Positions 1-9,359 of a stretch of 64,000 nucleotides of DNA are shown one piece after another. The notes under the pieces are model-generated. The model saw only the letters and a list, made by a program, of their open reading frames with translations. It was not told the DNA's origin and made no database searches. Source of the DNA: an uncultured cyanobacterium (GTDB taxonomy: Bacteria; Cyanobacteriota; Cyanobacteriia; Cyanobacteriales; Nostocaceae); contig OY970166.1 in assembly GCA_963706595.1 (NCBI GenBank), positions 1,728,001 to 1,792,000 on the forward strand, written 5' to 3'. The first letter of the stretch is position 1. The number at the start of each line of letters is the position of its first letter. The translations under genes were made by a program, and so were the position numbers.

Positions 1-691
1 TACCCAGGTTGGTAAACTCCATGAATTCACCGTTAGCACCGGAGTACATATATTCGGTGATTTGGATGTTTGGTAAAGGCTGAAAAAGGGTAAATGATGA
101 TGCCCAATTAGAAATGTCAGTTATGGTGGAACTAGCTGTCCAATTTGCTGCGTTGGAGATAGCAGCTAGAAGTTCTGCCTGAGTTCCAGAAGTAGAACCG
201 CTATAATAGCCATTTGTCCCATTAGTAGTTATTGCTACTGTTGTAGTACCAGTTTCCAGTGTGCCACCATTAGCAGCACTTGGTTCAGCAGATGTAGACG
301 CGCTAGTTGCATTCAAACTCCAGTTGCCAGAATTCAGTGCATAAATTAAAGTTGGGCTGGCTAATGTTCCTGTATAGATAATCAGCGAGTCACCACTAGC
401 ATTGAGGGCAAAATTACTGGGATTATTAGAGTTAAACCCTGGTGAATTATTGTTATTTACGTTTCCATTTGTCCAGGTGAGAACTGTACCCGCAGAGATA
501 TCTGTAGGTGCAGTGTAAGTCAGAATTCCCTCTCCAGTTCGGAAGCTACCACTACCACTAGATTGCCAACCGTTATCTGTGATGTTGAAGGTTGTACCAG
601 CAGCAATATCTACCAGCACTACTAAACGGATGCTATCAGGATTAGTAGTGTTATAACCTGCGATTGCAATATCACCTTGTGTCAAAGCCAT
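1..691 (-). CDS. 5' part of a large extracellular protein (beta-rich N-domain then lamin-tail-like domain; possibly extracellular nuclease/phosphatase family), runs off the window
   Basis: Not in the ORF track. ATG at 691 reads MALTQGDIAIAGYNTTNPDSIRLVVLVDIAAGTTFNITDNGW...IQITEYMYSGANGEFMEFTNLG, open to the window edge. ITEYMY..EFMEF resembles the start of a lamin-tail domain. Confidence 0.75.
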   Translation of the reverse strand, partial: MALTQGDIAIAGYNTTNPDSIRLVVLVDIAAGTTFNITDNGWQSSGSGSFRTGEGILTYTAPTDISAGTVLTWTNGNVNNNNSPGFNSNNPSNFALNASGDSLIIYTGTLASPTLIYALNSGNWSLNATSASTSAEPSAANGGTLETGTTTVAITTNGTNGYYSGSTSGTQAELLAAISNAANWTASSTITDISNWASSFTLFQPLPNIQITEYMYSGANGEFMEFTNLG

Positions 692-815
692 AAATTTATT
701 GCCAGTTGTATTTTAGAGGGCATCGAGCATGAGCAAACTAACTATGAATTTTCCCAGAACCCATACTTTGCTATCAGTATTAATGTGGCTACAATGCTCT
801 CAACCTATACCAGCT

Positions 816-845
816 AGATTAAGAAACAGCTAGCATCAGGTTAAA
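816..845 (-). promoter_or_regulatory. Putative cyanobacterial Pho box (SphR site)
   Basis: Minus strand TTTAACCT-N3-GCTAGCTG-N3-CTTAATCT. The outer units match YTTAAYYW at 11-bp periodicity; the middle unit is degenerate. Confidence 0.5.
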
Positions 846-1069
846 TTTTGAAATACTTGCAAGTAAATAATTTACCGAAAACAATATCAATATCTTGGTC
901 TTGTAGGGAGCATTCCAAATGTGCAAGTCTAATCTATTTATAGGATTCTGATTGATAAAAGAATGACAAACGAACCGCATTCGCGCAGCGTATGCCCCAG
1001 GGCTTTAGACGCAAAGAACGCCAAGGTAAGAGGGTTTAATAGGTCTTGCGCTTTGCGCTTACCGTCTTC

Positions 1070-1120
1070 TCCCCCCTGCACCCTGCACCCTGCACCCCTG
1101 CCTCTTCCCACTCCCCACTT
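1070..1120. repeat. STRR-type heptamer tract (CCCTGCA)n/(CCCCACT)
   Basis: Direct heptamer repeats. Similar tracts at ~7055-7088, 9226-9360, 32955-33000, 44378-44414, 58180-58256 and 63463-63505. Confidence 0.85.
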
Positions 1121-1266
1121 TTCATTGGCTCTATCGGTTAGAAGACACAGATAAAACCAACTGAGGTTGTAATTAATTATGCTGAAATTATCTTTCCTCT
1201 GGTTGATGTTTATTATGTGTAAATTTTGGAGAGTTAATACATAGGTTCGCTTAGAGATGGAAAACA

Positions 1267-1806
1267 ATGCCTAAAATTAATATTGGTTTGACAGAAGAGC
1301 AGCGCCAAGGTGTAATAAATCTGTTGAATCAAGATTTAGCAGATGCCTACGTTTTGATAGTAAAAACCAAAAAGTACCATTGGGATGTGGTAGGCCCTCA
1401 GTTTCGCAGTTTGCATGAACTTTGGGAAGAACATTATGAAAAGCTAACTGAAAATATTGACGCTTTAGCGGAACGGATTCGGGCTTTGGGCGGTTACCCT
1501 GTGGGTACGATGGAGGGATTTCTCAAGATTGCTACTCTCAAAGAACATAGTGGTGATGTCCCCTTAGCAACAGGGATGGTAGCTCAACTAGGAGAAAATC
1601 ACGAACAGGTGATTCGTAATCTGCGGGATCATGTAGATCAGTGCAGTGAGCAATTTCATGATGAGGGAACTTCTGACTTTTTAACTGGACTGATGGAAGA
1701 GCATGAAGAAATGGCTTGGATGTTGCGCTCGTTCATTGAAGGACAAGCGTTAGAACCTAGCGGTGTACAACCAGCAGCAGAAACTAAAACCCCTGTAGGT
1801 GTATAG
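1267..1806 (+). CDS. dps: Dps family DNA-protection/ferritin-like protein
   Basis: KKYHWDVVGPQFRSLHELWEEHY, DALAERIRALGG and AWML motifs. Confidence 0.95.
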   Translation: MPKINIGLTEEQRQGVINLLNQDLADAYVLIVKTKKYHWDVVGPQFRSLHELWEEHYEKLTENIDALAERIRALGGYPVGTMEGFLKIATLKEHSGDVPLATGMVAQLGENHEQVIRNLRDHVDQCSEQFHDEGTSDFLTGLMEEHEEMAWMLRSFIEGQALEPSGVQPAAETKTPVGV

Positions 1807-1928
1807 AACTAGGTAAATAAGGTATCAACTGAGGGAAGATTGATTCTTTGAAGTTGGCGGGTGACAATCAATCTTCCTATACATCATTCATTTTTCTATG
1901 ACAAAAATAAGTTTTAAGGAGCATTAAA

Positions 1929-2697
1929 GTGCCAGAAGTTTATCAAGCAGAACGTACCATCTCAGTCTGTATTTAAAGAACAAAAGCAAATTGATCAGGT
2001 GATTCGACGTTTACTAGACAGGGGTGTGCCTAGAGATAATATTTCAGTTATGGGCAAAGACTTCCAGTCAGAAACGCGAATTTCTGGTTTTATTACGAAG
2101 AAAGATGTGATTCTGGGAGGCTTGAGAACAGGAGCGATTTTTGGTTCTTTATTTGGTTCGTTTCTTAGCTTGCTGACTGGTGTAGGCGTACTGTTCATTC
2201 CTTTTGTGGGGCCAATTGTGGCGGCTGGCCCTATTGGTGCGTTGTTGCTAGGGGCTGCTAGTGGCGCGATCGCTGGTAGCGCTGGCGCTGGACTAGTATC
2301 GGCCTTAACTGCTTGGGGGATGCCGGAAGATAAAGCCGCAGTTTATCAAACACGCTTACAAGCTGGCGAGTTTATCTTAATGGCAGAAGTACCAAGCGAT
2401 CGCCTGGGAGAATTTCAATTGCTGATCGAAGGTAGTGGTGGTGAAGAAATTCACACAACTGAAAAAACATTGACTCGCCCTTGTTCTGGTCGATGTAACA
2501 ATCCCGAAGATTTGTCTCCTGAAGTTCGCTCTCATCTTTCTGAAGCAGCTCAACGTACATTCATGGATCGCTATAATACCGTTTTAGATCATACAAGTGA
2601 CGAGTTCACAGCTGAACAAGCGGCTTGGGAAGCTGTTCATGAGCAGTTCGATGAAGATGAAAGCGGTGTTTGGTCTAAGGCTAAAGTGAATGTTTAG
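1929..2697 (+). CDS. General-stress (17M-like/glycine-zipper) membrane protein with C-terminal ChaB domain; apparent +1 frameshift near 1966
   Basis: AAGGAG RBS 7 nt before GTG 1929 ([12 protein letters not shown]), which stops at 1976. The main frame ([16 protein letters not shown]...) is shifted by +1. The C-terminus [19 protein letters not shown]...AAWEAV is ChaB-like. Confidence 0.75.
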
Positions 2698-2724
2698 CTA
2701 ATTACAAATCTTCAGCAGACCAGA

Positions 2725-2897
2725 CTTTACAAATTAATCAGGGTATGATCTCAATAAAATACGTCGTTTCAGACTTTTATCCCCGATTATTTTGATTGTA
2801 AATAGATCCGCATTGTAGGGGTTTAGCAATGCTAAACCCCTACGAAAGATATGGTTTTTGATAACACATATTTAATGTTAATTGTCAATGGGTGTAA
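2725..2897 (+). mobile_element. Degenerate copy of the ~190-bp miniature element 'A' with a 29-bp REP palindrome
   Basis: GTAGGGGTTTAGCA-A-TGCTAAACCCCTAC at 2815-2843. Flanks are similar to 23217-23409. Confidence 0.7.
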
Positions 2898-2995
2898 AAA
2901 TAAATAAATATAGAGCGAGTTTGAGGACTAGATGGTTCTGCCCAACAAGATGGATGGTGGCGCAAATCTAGTTAACCCGCTCAGTAGAATGGCGA

Positions 2996-3610
2996 TTAAT
3001 TGATCTTTGGTTCGATCTCCCCTGATAGAGGCTGCTCCAGATAAACTGATTGTTCCGGGGAGGCTATTGCCGCTTTGGGAATTTCTATGACTGGATTATT
3101 CAAGGCCACCATGAGGGGAGAACTTAAAATTACAGGCGTTGCTGCAAGTTGTGTTGGCTCGACTGGTTGTTGTCGCGCCAGTTGAGGTATCTTGAATTCA
3201 CCACCTAGCAAACCAGACATAGCACCAATCACACAAGCCGCTAGAGCGGTTCCTCCAAATGCCCAAACGGTACGGGAACGGCGGCTCACACGCTTTAATA
3301 CTTGCGCGGCTGTTACTTCTGGCGGTTGTTGGGCTGTCGGTACTGGGACAGCCCGCAAGCCTCGCCTGAGATTTAGTAGTCGGCTATACAGGCATTGAAC
3401 TGAGGCATCGTTTTTTAGCCATTCCTCTACTTGCCTGCTTTCAGAGGCTGTCACCTCTCCATCGAGGTAAGCACTTAATAACTCGAAGCGATCGCGCTTC
3501 ACCATATCCATAGCACCCGTTGACTCATTGGTATGCTGACTTATTCCATCTGACAAATCTTGAGGATTTAGCCAGGGAGAACGGTCATCAAATGGAGAAT
3601 TACTATTCAT
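2996..3610 (-). CDS. Transmembrane anti-sigma factor (SapG/RseA-like)
   Basis: FELLSAYLDGE anti-sigma motif, one TM helix, directly downstream of an ECF sigma. Confidence 0.85.
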   Translation of the reverse strand: MNSNSPFDDRSPWLNPQDLSDGISQHTNESTGAMDMVKRDRFELLSAYLDGEVTASESRQVEEWLKNDASVQCLYSRLLNLRRGLRAVPVPTAQQPPEVTAAQVLKRVSRRSRTVWAFGGTALAACVIGAMSGLLGGEFKIPQLARQQPVEPTQLAATPVILSSPLMVALNNPVIEIPKAAIASPEQSVYLEQPLSGEIEPKIN

Positions 3611-3743
3611 TGTAGCATTATGACCAATTCATATTGCGGGTAAAGACAACGATAAATCCTGATAAATTCTTTGAATTCCCGGATGCTGGGAGCAGCCTTC
3701 TAAATTGACATCAAAGTTTTGAAACAATATTTAATTTGTGGTA

Positions 3744-4400
3744 TTAGGCATCTAGATAGGTTTGCAGCTGAGTTTGCAATCTGGATCTAGCTCTAGCAAT
3801 TCTTGATTTCACTGTTCCTAAAGAAACACCAGTAATTTCGGCAATTTCTTCATAAGCCATCCCTTCGATTTCTCTAAGAACAATGGTAGTCCGAAACACC
3901 TCTGGCAAATCCGCGATCGCATCTCGTAGTTGCTCGTAAAATTCTCTAGTTGTCAGTTCTTCCTCTGGTCCGGGAGTATCGCCAGCAATTTCCCAATCCA
4001 TCTCGCCGTCTTCTAGTGTGCGGGGAGCATCCAGTGATAAGGGACTGGCTACCCGCTTCCGTTTACGCAACTCGTCATAAAACAAGTTGGTAGCAATCCG
4101 GCTTAACCAGCCCCGAAACTTGACTGGCTCTTGTAATCGGTTCACATTTCGATAAACGCGAATCCACACTTCTTGAGCTAAATCGGCTCTGTCAGGCCAA
4201 TCTGGAGCCAGGTGGTATAGAACTCGATCAACTTGACTTTGATAGCGGCGCAATAGCTCTGCAAACGCAGCACGATCCGGGCGCAGTCCGACTTGACAGC
4301 GTAAAATGAGATCGTGGTTGGAGAGTTTGTCAACTTGCACCGATGCTTCTGGGTATCTTGCATCAACAGTTGACCAGGATACAGTAATCGATTGGCTCAT
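3744..4400 (-). CDS. sigG: ECF sigma factor SigG
   Basis: Region 2 DLAQEVWIRVY...FRGWLSRIATN; region 4 YEEIAEITGVSLGTVKSRIARAR; Nostoc-type neighbourhood. Confidence 0.85.
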   Translation of the reverse strand: MSQSITVSWSTVDARYPEASVQVDKLSNHDLILRCQVGLRPDRAAFAELLRRYQSQVDRVLYHLAPDWPDRADLAQEVWIRVYRNVNRLQEPVKFRGWLSRIATNLFYDELRKRKRVASPLSLDAPRTLEDGEMDWEIAGDTPGPEEELTTREFYEQLRDAIADLPEVFRTTIVLREIEGMAYEEIAEITGVSLGTVKSRIARARSRLQTQLQTYLDA

Positions 4401-4433
4401 AGATCGTACTGAACTTTAAGTTATCCTTCTCTA

Positions 4434-4461
4434 TTAGACAAGCTAATGGGCGCAATGTTCC
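4434..4461 (-). promoter_or_regulatory. ECF (sigmaE/SigG-type) autoregulatory promoter
   Basis: Minus strand GGAAC-N17-GTCTAA, 33 nt upstream of the sigG start. Confidence 0.75.
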
Positions 4462-4845
4462 TTCAGCAGTGACGGATTTATGACTGGTACATGGCAGTAT
4501 ATAAAATCAGAGACGTTAATAGCACAAATCAAAACCCTGTTTTGATCCCCAACAAATACTTTATTGTATTTATAGCTATTATTTATGGGTTGTTTTAATG
4601 CAGTATTATTACTTGCATTTGTACAATTAACACTATCTGACCATCTACAATTGACAAAAATAATAATATGTGCAATTAAAGATATGGAACAACAGGCGCT
4701 TAACGTCCGTTGATCACAAACACTAACTCCTGAGATGGCAAAGTCCTGTGAGCAGAGTGTTAGGTCGGACTGAGTGTAAACCCAGTTGCTGCAATACTTT
4801 GAGCAATTAAAACCGTCCTCACATCTCTGACCGGAAGAGGCGGAG

Positions 4846-5008
4846 GGGCTTTCTAGCAGGGGGCAGGGGGAGCAATCCCTGCCAGCCGTGAAGCAGAGCG
4901 GAACATGGGTACAAGCCCCGCCCTTCTAGGGCGCTTTTACTGGGACAGAGTACAAGCTCCGTCTCAGTTTTCTCCCTTGCTCCCTGCCCCCTGCTCCCCT
5001 GCTTCTTT
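4846..5008 (+). repeat. Dispersed ~160-bp repeat (second copy 6927-7090)
   Basis: Both copies share GGGCTTTCTAGCAGGGG...GCCGTGAAGCnGAGCnGAACATGGGT...CCCC..CTTCTA and end in TCCCTGC-type repeats. Confidence 0.65.
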
Positions 5009-5076
5009 TGACTACAGCTAGATCATTTTTTAGATGGGTAGCAGCTGCGCCAAAAGGGGCTAAAATTTCACTGCTG

Positions 5077-5259
5077 TTAGTATAGGCAGAGGAGTAAGAA
5101 AAAAGGTGATTTTTCCGGGTTTTTTATGATAATTGTTGTTGATGTTTGTGTATGTGGTGAATGATTAATACCAGCATAAGTTGAATTGAGTAGGCGGATT
5201 TGAAAAAATAAATTCAGGGAAAATGTAATTATGACTGCTAGGAATAATTTTTCAAACAT
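5077..5259 (-). CDS. Small hypothetical membrane/secreted protein (~60 aa)
   Basis: MFEKLFLAVIITFSLNLF hydrophobic N-terminus, GGAG-like RBS upstream. Confidence 0.55.
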   Translation of the reverse strand: MFEKLFLAVIITFSLNLFFQIRLLNSTYAGINHSPHTQTSTTIIIKNPEKSPFFLLLCLY

Positions 5260-5491
5260 GATTTTTCTCTCGCCCGCATGATTAATGATGGATGTTATGC
5301 ACTCCAAGTGTTCCGGGGATTAAAATTTTTCACCAATAATTTTGTGCCAGGATCTCTTGATAGTGTTGGGTTGCCTAAAAGTATCGGCAGAGTTATGAGA
5401 GAACAGATAAGTAACTATAAATTATTGATAATTTTGGATGTACTCATGAACCAATTAGCCCACTGGATATGTCAGGGATAAACAATAGGCG

Positions 5492-6229
5492 ATGGCAATG
5501 GTAAGAAATGAATCTGTAGCGCGCATAGTAATGTTTCTCTGTTTTGGCACAGCCATCTTCTCGCTAGCTGTCCATTGGCACATTACAACAACTCAAGCGC
5601 AGTTTGAGCAGCCAGCTTCAGCCGCAGGCAGCCCGTCTGAGAGTGCTTCTACCGCTCGTGGTGCGTCTACACCTGCTAATCAACCCACTCACCAGCAACC
5701 TGTGCAGAGGAGTTCTGTACCGTATATGTCGGGTGCAGTCAGCTATAATTCCACTGGCTCTACTGACTTAGGGACAAAGATGCGATCGCTGTTTCCCGGA
5801 CAAAGGCAGAATTCCCCAGGTTTATCTTCACCAAACTCATCTCAGACGGAAGTGGTAGTGAATTTAAGCGATCGCCGTACCTATGTTTACAAAGGAGGTG
5901 AAGTGATAGCCAGTTATCCAATTGCTGTCGGTAAGGAAGGTTGGGAAACCCCTACAGGTTCTTTCCGTGTCACCGATATGCAAGAATATCCTATTTGGCA
6001 ACACCCCATCACTGGCAAAGTATTTCCATCAGGTGTTGATAGTCCTTTAGGAGAACGATGGATTGGTTTTTGGTCAGATGGACGCAATGAAATTGGCTTT
6101 CACGGCACGCCGGAGACACACTTGTTGGGCGCGGCTATCTCTCATGGCTGCTTACGAATGCGTAATGAGGATGTGCGCTTATTATATGAGCAAGTCAATA
6201 TTGGCACTCTTGTCTCAGTGCGCGATTGA
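5492..6229 (+). CDS. L,D-transpeptidase (YkuD/ErfK family)
   Basis: YPIAVG...TPTG and IGFHGT...SHGCLRM catalytic motif. Confidence 0.93.
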   Translation: MAMVRNESVARIVMFLCFGTAIFSLAVHWHITTTQAQFEQPASAAGSPSESASTARGASTPANQPTHQQPVQRSSVPYMSGAVSYNSTGSTDLGTKMRSLFPGQRQNSPGLSSPNSSQTEVVVNLSDRRTYVYKGGEVIASYPIAVGKEGWETPTGSFRVTDMQEYPIWQHPITGKVFPSGVDSPLGERWIGFWSDGRNEIGFHGTPETHLLGAAISHGCLRMRNEDVRLLYEQVNIGTLVSVRD

Positions 6230-6316
6230 TTAGGAATTTCCCCAAATTCCATGATTCATTCAGATATGAAAACCCCGATTTATTAAATAAACCGGGGTTC
6301 TCAAGCCACTCAATTT

Positions 6317-6868
6317 TCAATACTCAGATTTTTGCTCAAAATTTGGGGCGTAGACATTCAGTAAATTACTGACTTGGCGCAGAATTTCATTACCAGTGTT
6401 TTTATTCAAGACTGGTGTTCTGTTGTCGTTGGGTTGGTTGATGTTACGTCCTATAGACTCGGTAATTTGCTGGGAAATTAATTCTTGCAATTCTGCCTTC
6501 GCACGTAGACGTTGGTAGCTAGCACCTTCTTCTGTAGTCGCATACAAGGGTGGTAAGCGGTTGAGAGCATAAGCGGCTATATCCCCCACATCCAAAGAAC
6601 TGTCGCTGGTAGCTTCAATTTCTGCGGCTCTGGCGATCGCTTCACTCAAGACCAATTCTTCCATGACATTAATGAATTGTTTGCGAGGTACCGCCACTAC
6701 CTCACCGGTCAGTAATGCCCCCATCAATCGATCCAGCGCCATGTACTCTTCAATTGAAAGCTCGGATGCGTTATCACAGATTCTTCCAACTTCTGCTTCC
6801 ATCACTGGTGTCAAATAACCATCCTGGAGAGCTTGTTCTACAATTTTTTCAATACTCATAACGCTCAT
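6317..6868 (-). CDS. cdgR: ComFB-domain protein, probable c-di-GMP receptor CdgR orthologue
   Basis: INVMEELV...DIAAYALNRLPPLYAT ComFB motif. The order M23-ComFB-LDT-small-sigG matches my recollection of the Anabaena PCC 7120 locus. Start at 6868 or 6859. Confidence 0.7.
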   Translation of the reverse strand: MSVMSIEKIVEQALQDGYLTPVMEAEVGRICDNASELSIEEYMALDRLMGALLTGEVVAVPRKQFINVMEELVLSEAIARAAEIEATSDSSLDVGDIAAYALNRLPPLYATTEEGASYQRLRAKAELQELISQQITESIGRNINQPNDNRTPVLNKNTGNEILRQVSNLLNVYAPNFEQKSEY

Positions 6869-7176
6869 TATCTTTACGCTAACCAAGCAGGGTAGGGACG
6901 GTATCAACGAAGAGGTAGGGGGAAGTGGGCTTTCTAGCAGGGGGAAATGACTCCTTCCTCCTGCCGTGAAGCGGAGCAGAACATGGGTCTGAGTCCCCCA
7001 CTTCTACAAAGTGGTTCTCGTCCTGGTGGGGTCGAATCCCCATCTGGACTTTCCCCCTGCTCCCTGCTCCCTGCTCCCTGCTCCCTGGCCTCTTTTTCAA
7101 TCCATTCCATTTTGCCTAATTATCGGCAAAAAGTATATAATCTATCAACAAATGGCGAGCAATCTTGCTGTTTTAG

Positions 7177-8115
7177 CTAATCGACTCCATCAAATCTCCA
7201 AGGTACTGGATCAATAGATTGCCCGTTGACATATAGACCCCAGTGCAAATGCGGCCCTGTGGAAGCACCTGTGGAACCGACTGTGCCAACTAATTGACCC
7301 GCTTTGACGAAATCACCTTCTTTGACATTAATGCCATTGAGGTGCATGAGAATACTGGTGACTCCTTGCCCGTGGTCGATGCCAATTGTGTTGCCGTGAA
7401 CCCGAAATCCTTCCGATACTCTACCTACCAACGCCACTGTTCCGGGCGCTGGGGCAACTACCCGTGAACCCGTAGCACCAGCGTAGTCAACGCCACGATG
7501 GTAGTAGTCATTGGCAAATTTACCATTATAGTAGCGACGGACACCATAGATGGTGGTAATCCGCCCTTGATTTGGTTGAAGCAGTGGGCCATTCCAATGC
7601 TTTTGCGGTGTTTGGATCTTTTTGAAAGCTGCTACGCGCTGAAGTTCATGTTCTGTGGCCTTCACCCCAGCCCTCCCCGGTGGCAGATTAATCCGTTGTG
7701 TGGGAAAAGTCCGATTACGCAAATTCACTGCCAAGTTTCGCACCTGACCATCTCCAGAAACTTTCAGTGTGATGGTTCCAGGTTTATCCAGTGGAGTTGT
7801 GGGAATTAAAGCCCGATATTTATTGGGGGCGATCGCAAATGTTGGATAAGAATTTTCACCTACAGCCACAGTAGGATTACTGCCATTGGCGGGATTATCT
7901 ACGTTAATCATCACAGATATGGTATCTCCCAACTGAGGATTGCTGGGAGTCACCTGTGCTTGCAAAGCATGTACAGGTAAAGCCAAGATCACAACCACGA
8001 TAGAGGCAAATATGCCGATGAATAAGTTTTTTATGTGGCGGTTGGGTTTGAGTCCTTCAAAATTAAAATAGGGCAACTTCTGGTCAGATTCTCTAGTGTA
8101 ATTATTGATAGTCAT
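7177..8115 (-). CDS. M23 family metallopeptidase
   Basis: HRGVDY and STGPHLHW zinc motifs; start uncertain (ORF open to 8226). Confidence 0.92.
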   Translation of the reverse strand: MTINNYTRESDQKLPYFNFEGLKPNRHIKNLFIGIFASIVVVILALPVHALQAQVTPSNPQLGDTISVMINVDNPANGSNPTVAVGENSYPTFAIAPNKYRALIPTTPLDKPGTITLKVSGDGQVRNLAVNLRNRTFPTQRINLPPGRAGVKATEHELQRVAAFKKIQTPQKHWNGPLLQPNQGRITTIYGVRRYYNGKFANDYYHRGVDYAGATGSRVVAPAPGTVALVGRVSEGFRVHGNTIGIDHGQGVTSILMHLNGINVKEGDFVKAGQLVGTVGSTGASTGPHLHWGLYVNGQSIDPVPWRFDGVD

Positions 8116-8297
8116 AGAGCTACAGAACAATCTCTTACTTCTGTTGACCAGACTAGCTAATAGGCGATAGTGTTTCCTGGGCGAGGTAATTTTTTTCAGA
8201 AAGTAGATGATTATAAGTAGTTTCAACAGCCAATGTGAATGCTAAACTATACTCAAATTAATTAAATTACTGTAAATTCTTGTTTGTATTCGGTGTT

Positions 8298-8494
8298 ATA
8301 GCAACCGCCAAGGTGGTTAGGACAAAAACAGATCAAAAAACTCTTGTCATGAAGGAGTTTTAAGCCTGCCCCCTGCCCCCTGCCATATCGCGTAGCGCAA
8401 CGCACCAGCCCAGATTTTCGGTGCGTAACAGCTTAACATCCATAATGCACCCCACCCAAATGAAAGGTTTTTGGACTTGTGTGTACACCGTAGC
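8298..8494. mobile_element. Composite of miniature-element ends and a degenerate REPIN
   Basis: TAGCAACCGCCAAGG end at 8299, REPIN-like core 8388-8455 (cf. 44581-44660), TIR ACTTGTGTGTACACCGTAGC at 8475-8494. Confidence 0.6.
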
Positions 8495-8495
8495 T

Positions 8496-9203
8496 TTATA
8501 GGGCGGGGTAGTTCACTGCTATAGCAGAAGCATTAACTAGCTTGCCATCTTCCATCTGAACAATCCGATCAGCAATGTCTAGAATGCGATTGTCATGAGT
8601 TACCATCAGGATTGTGCAACCTTGTTCTTTGGCAAGTTTTTGCATCAGGTTGACCACATCTCGCCCTGACTGACTGTCAAGGGCTGCTGTGGGTTCATCT
8701 GCTAAAACTAGGGGAGGATGGCTAACTAAAGCACGAGCGATCGCAACTCTTTGTTTTTGTCCTCCTGACAATTTATCAGGATAATAATCAAGGTGATTTC
8801 CTAAGCCTACCTGTTCTAACATCAGGGCGGAACGGGTTTGCATCTCTCGTGGGCCAATATGCTGGTGCAGTTCTAAACCCATTCTCACATTCTGGAGTGC
8901 TGTCAAACTTCCATGTAGATTGTGGGCTTGAAAAATATAACCATTATGCTGTCGCGCCTGCACCAATTGTTCGACACTAGCACCGCAAAGTTCCCTGGAC
9001 AAGACCTGCAAACTCCCAAACTGGGGAGAACGCAACGCCCCAACTAAGGTGAGGAGAGTAGTTTTACCAGAACCAGAAGGTCCAGTCAAAATAATAATTT
9101 CGCCAGATTTAATCTGCAAGTTAATGTTAAATAAAACTTGCCTACGCAGTGAACCTAGACCAAAGTAGTGGTCGAGATTCTGGATGGAAATAACTGGAAC
9201 CAT
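8496..9203 (-). CDS. DevA-family ABC exporter ATPase
   Basis: GPSGSGKTT, LSGGQKQRVAIARAL, LADEPT and VTHD motifs. Confidence 0.93.
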   Translation of the reverse strand: MVPVISIQNLDHYFGLGSLRRQVLFNINLQIKSGEIIILTGPSGSGKTTLLTLVGALRSPQFGSLQVLSRELCGASVEQLVQARQHNGYIFQAHNLHGSLTALQNVRMGLELHQHIGPREMQTRSALMLEQVGLGNHLDYYPDKLSGGQKQRVAIARALVSHPPLVLADEPTAALDSQSGRDVVNLMQKLAKEQGCTILMVTHDNRILDIADRIVQMEDGKLVNASAIAVNYPAL

Positions 9204-9359
9204 AAGTAGGTGGATGTAAATAAAGGTCATTAGTCATTGGTCATTGGTCATTGGTGATTAGACATTAGAAGTTACAATTTCCCCCCTGCGTCTTCTCCCC
9301 CCTGCACCCTGCACCCTGCTCCCCTGCCTCTTCCCCCCCACTCCCCACTCCCCACTTCC

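Noticed and set aside
4700..4840. sRNA upstream of sigG
   Set aside because: Only one short stem (AACACT/AGTGTT), with no clear promoter-terminator pair
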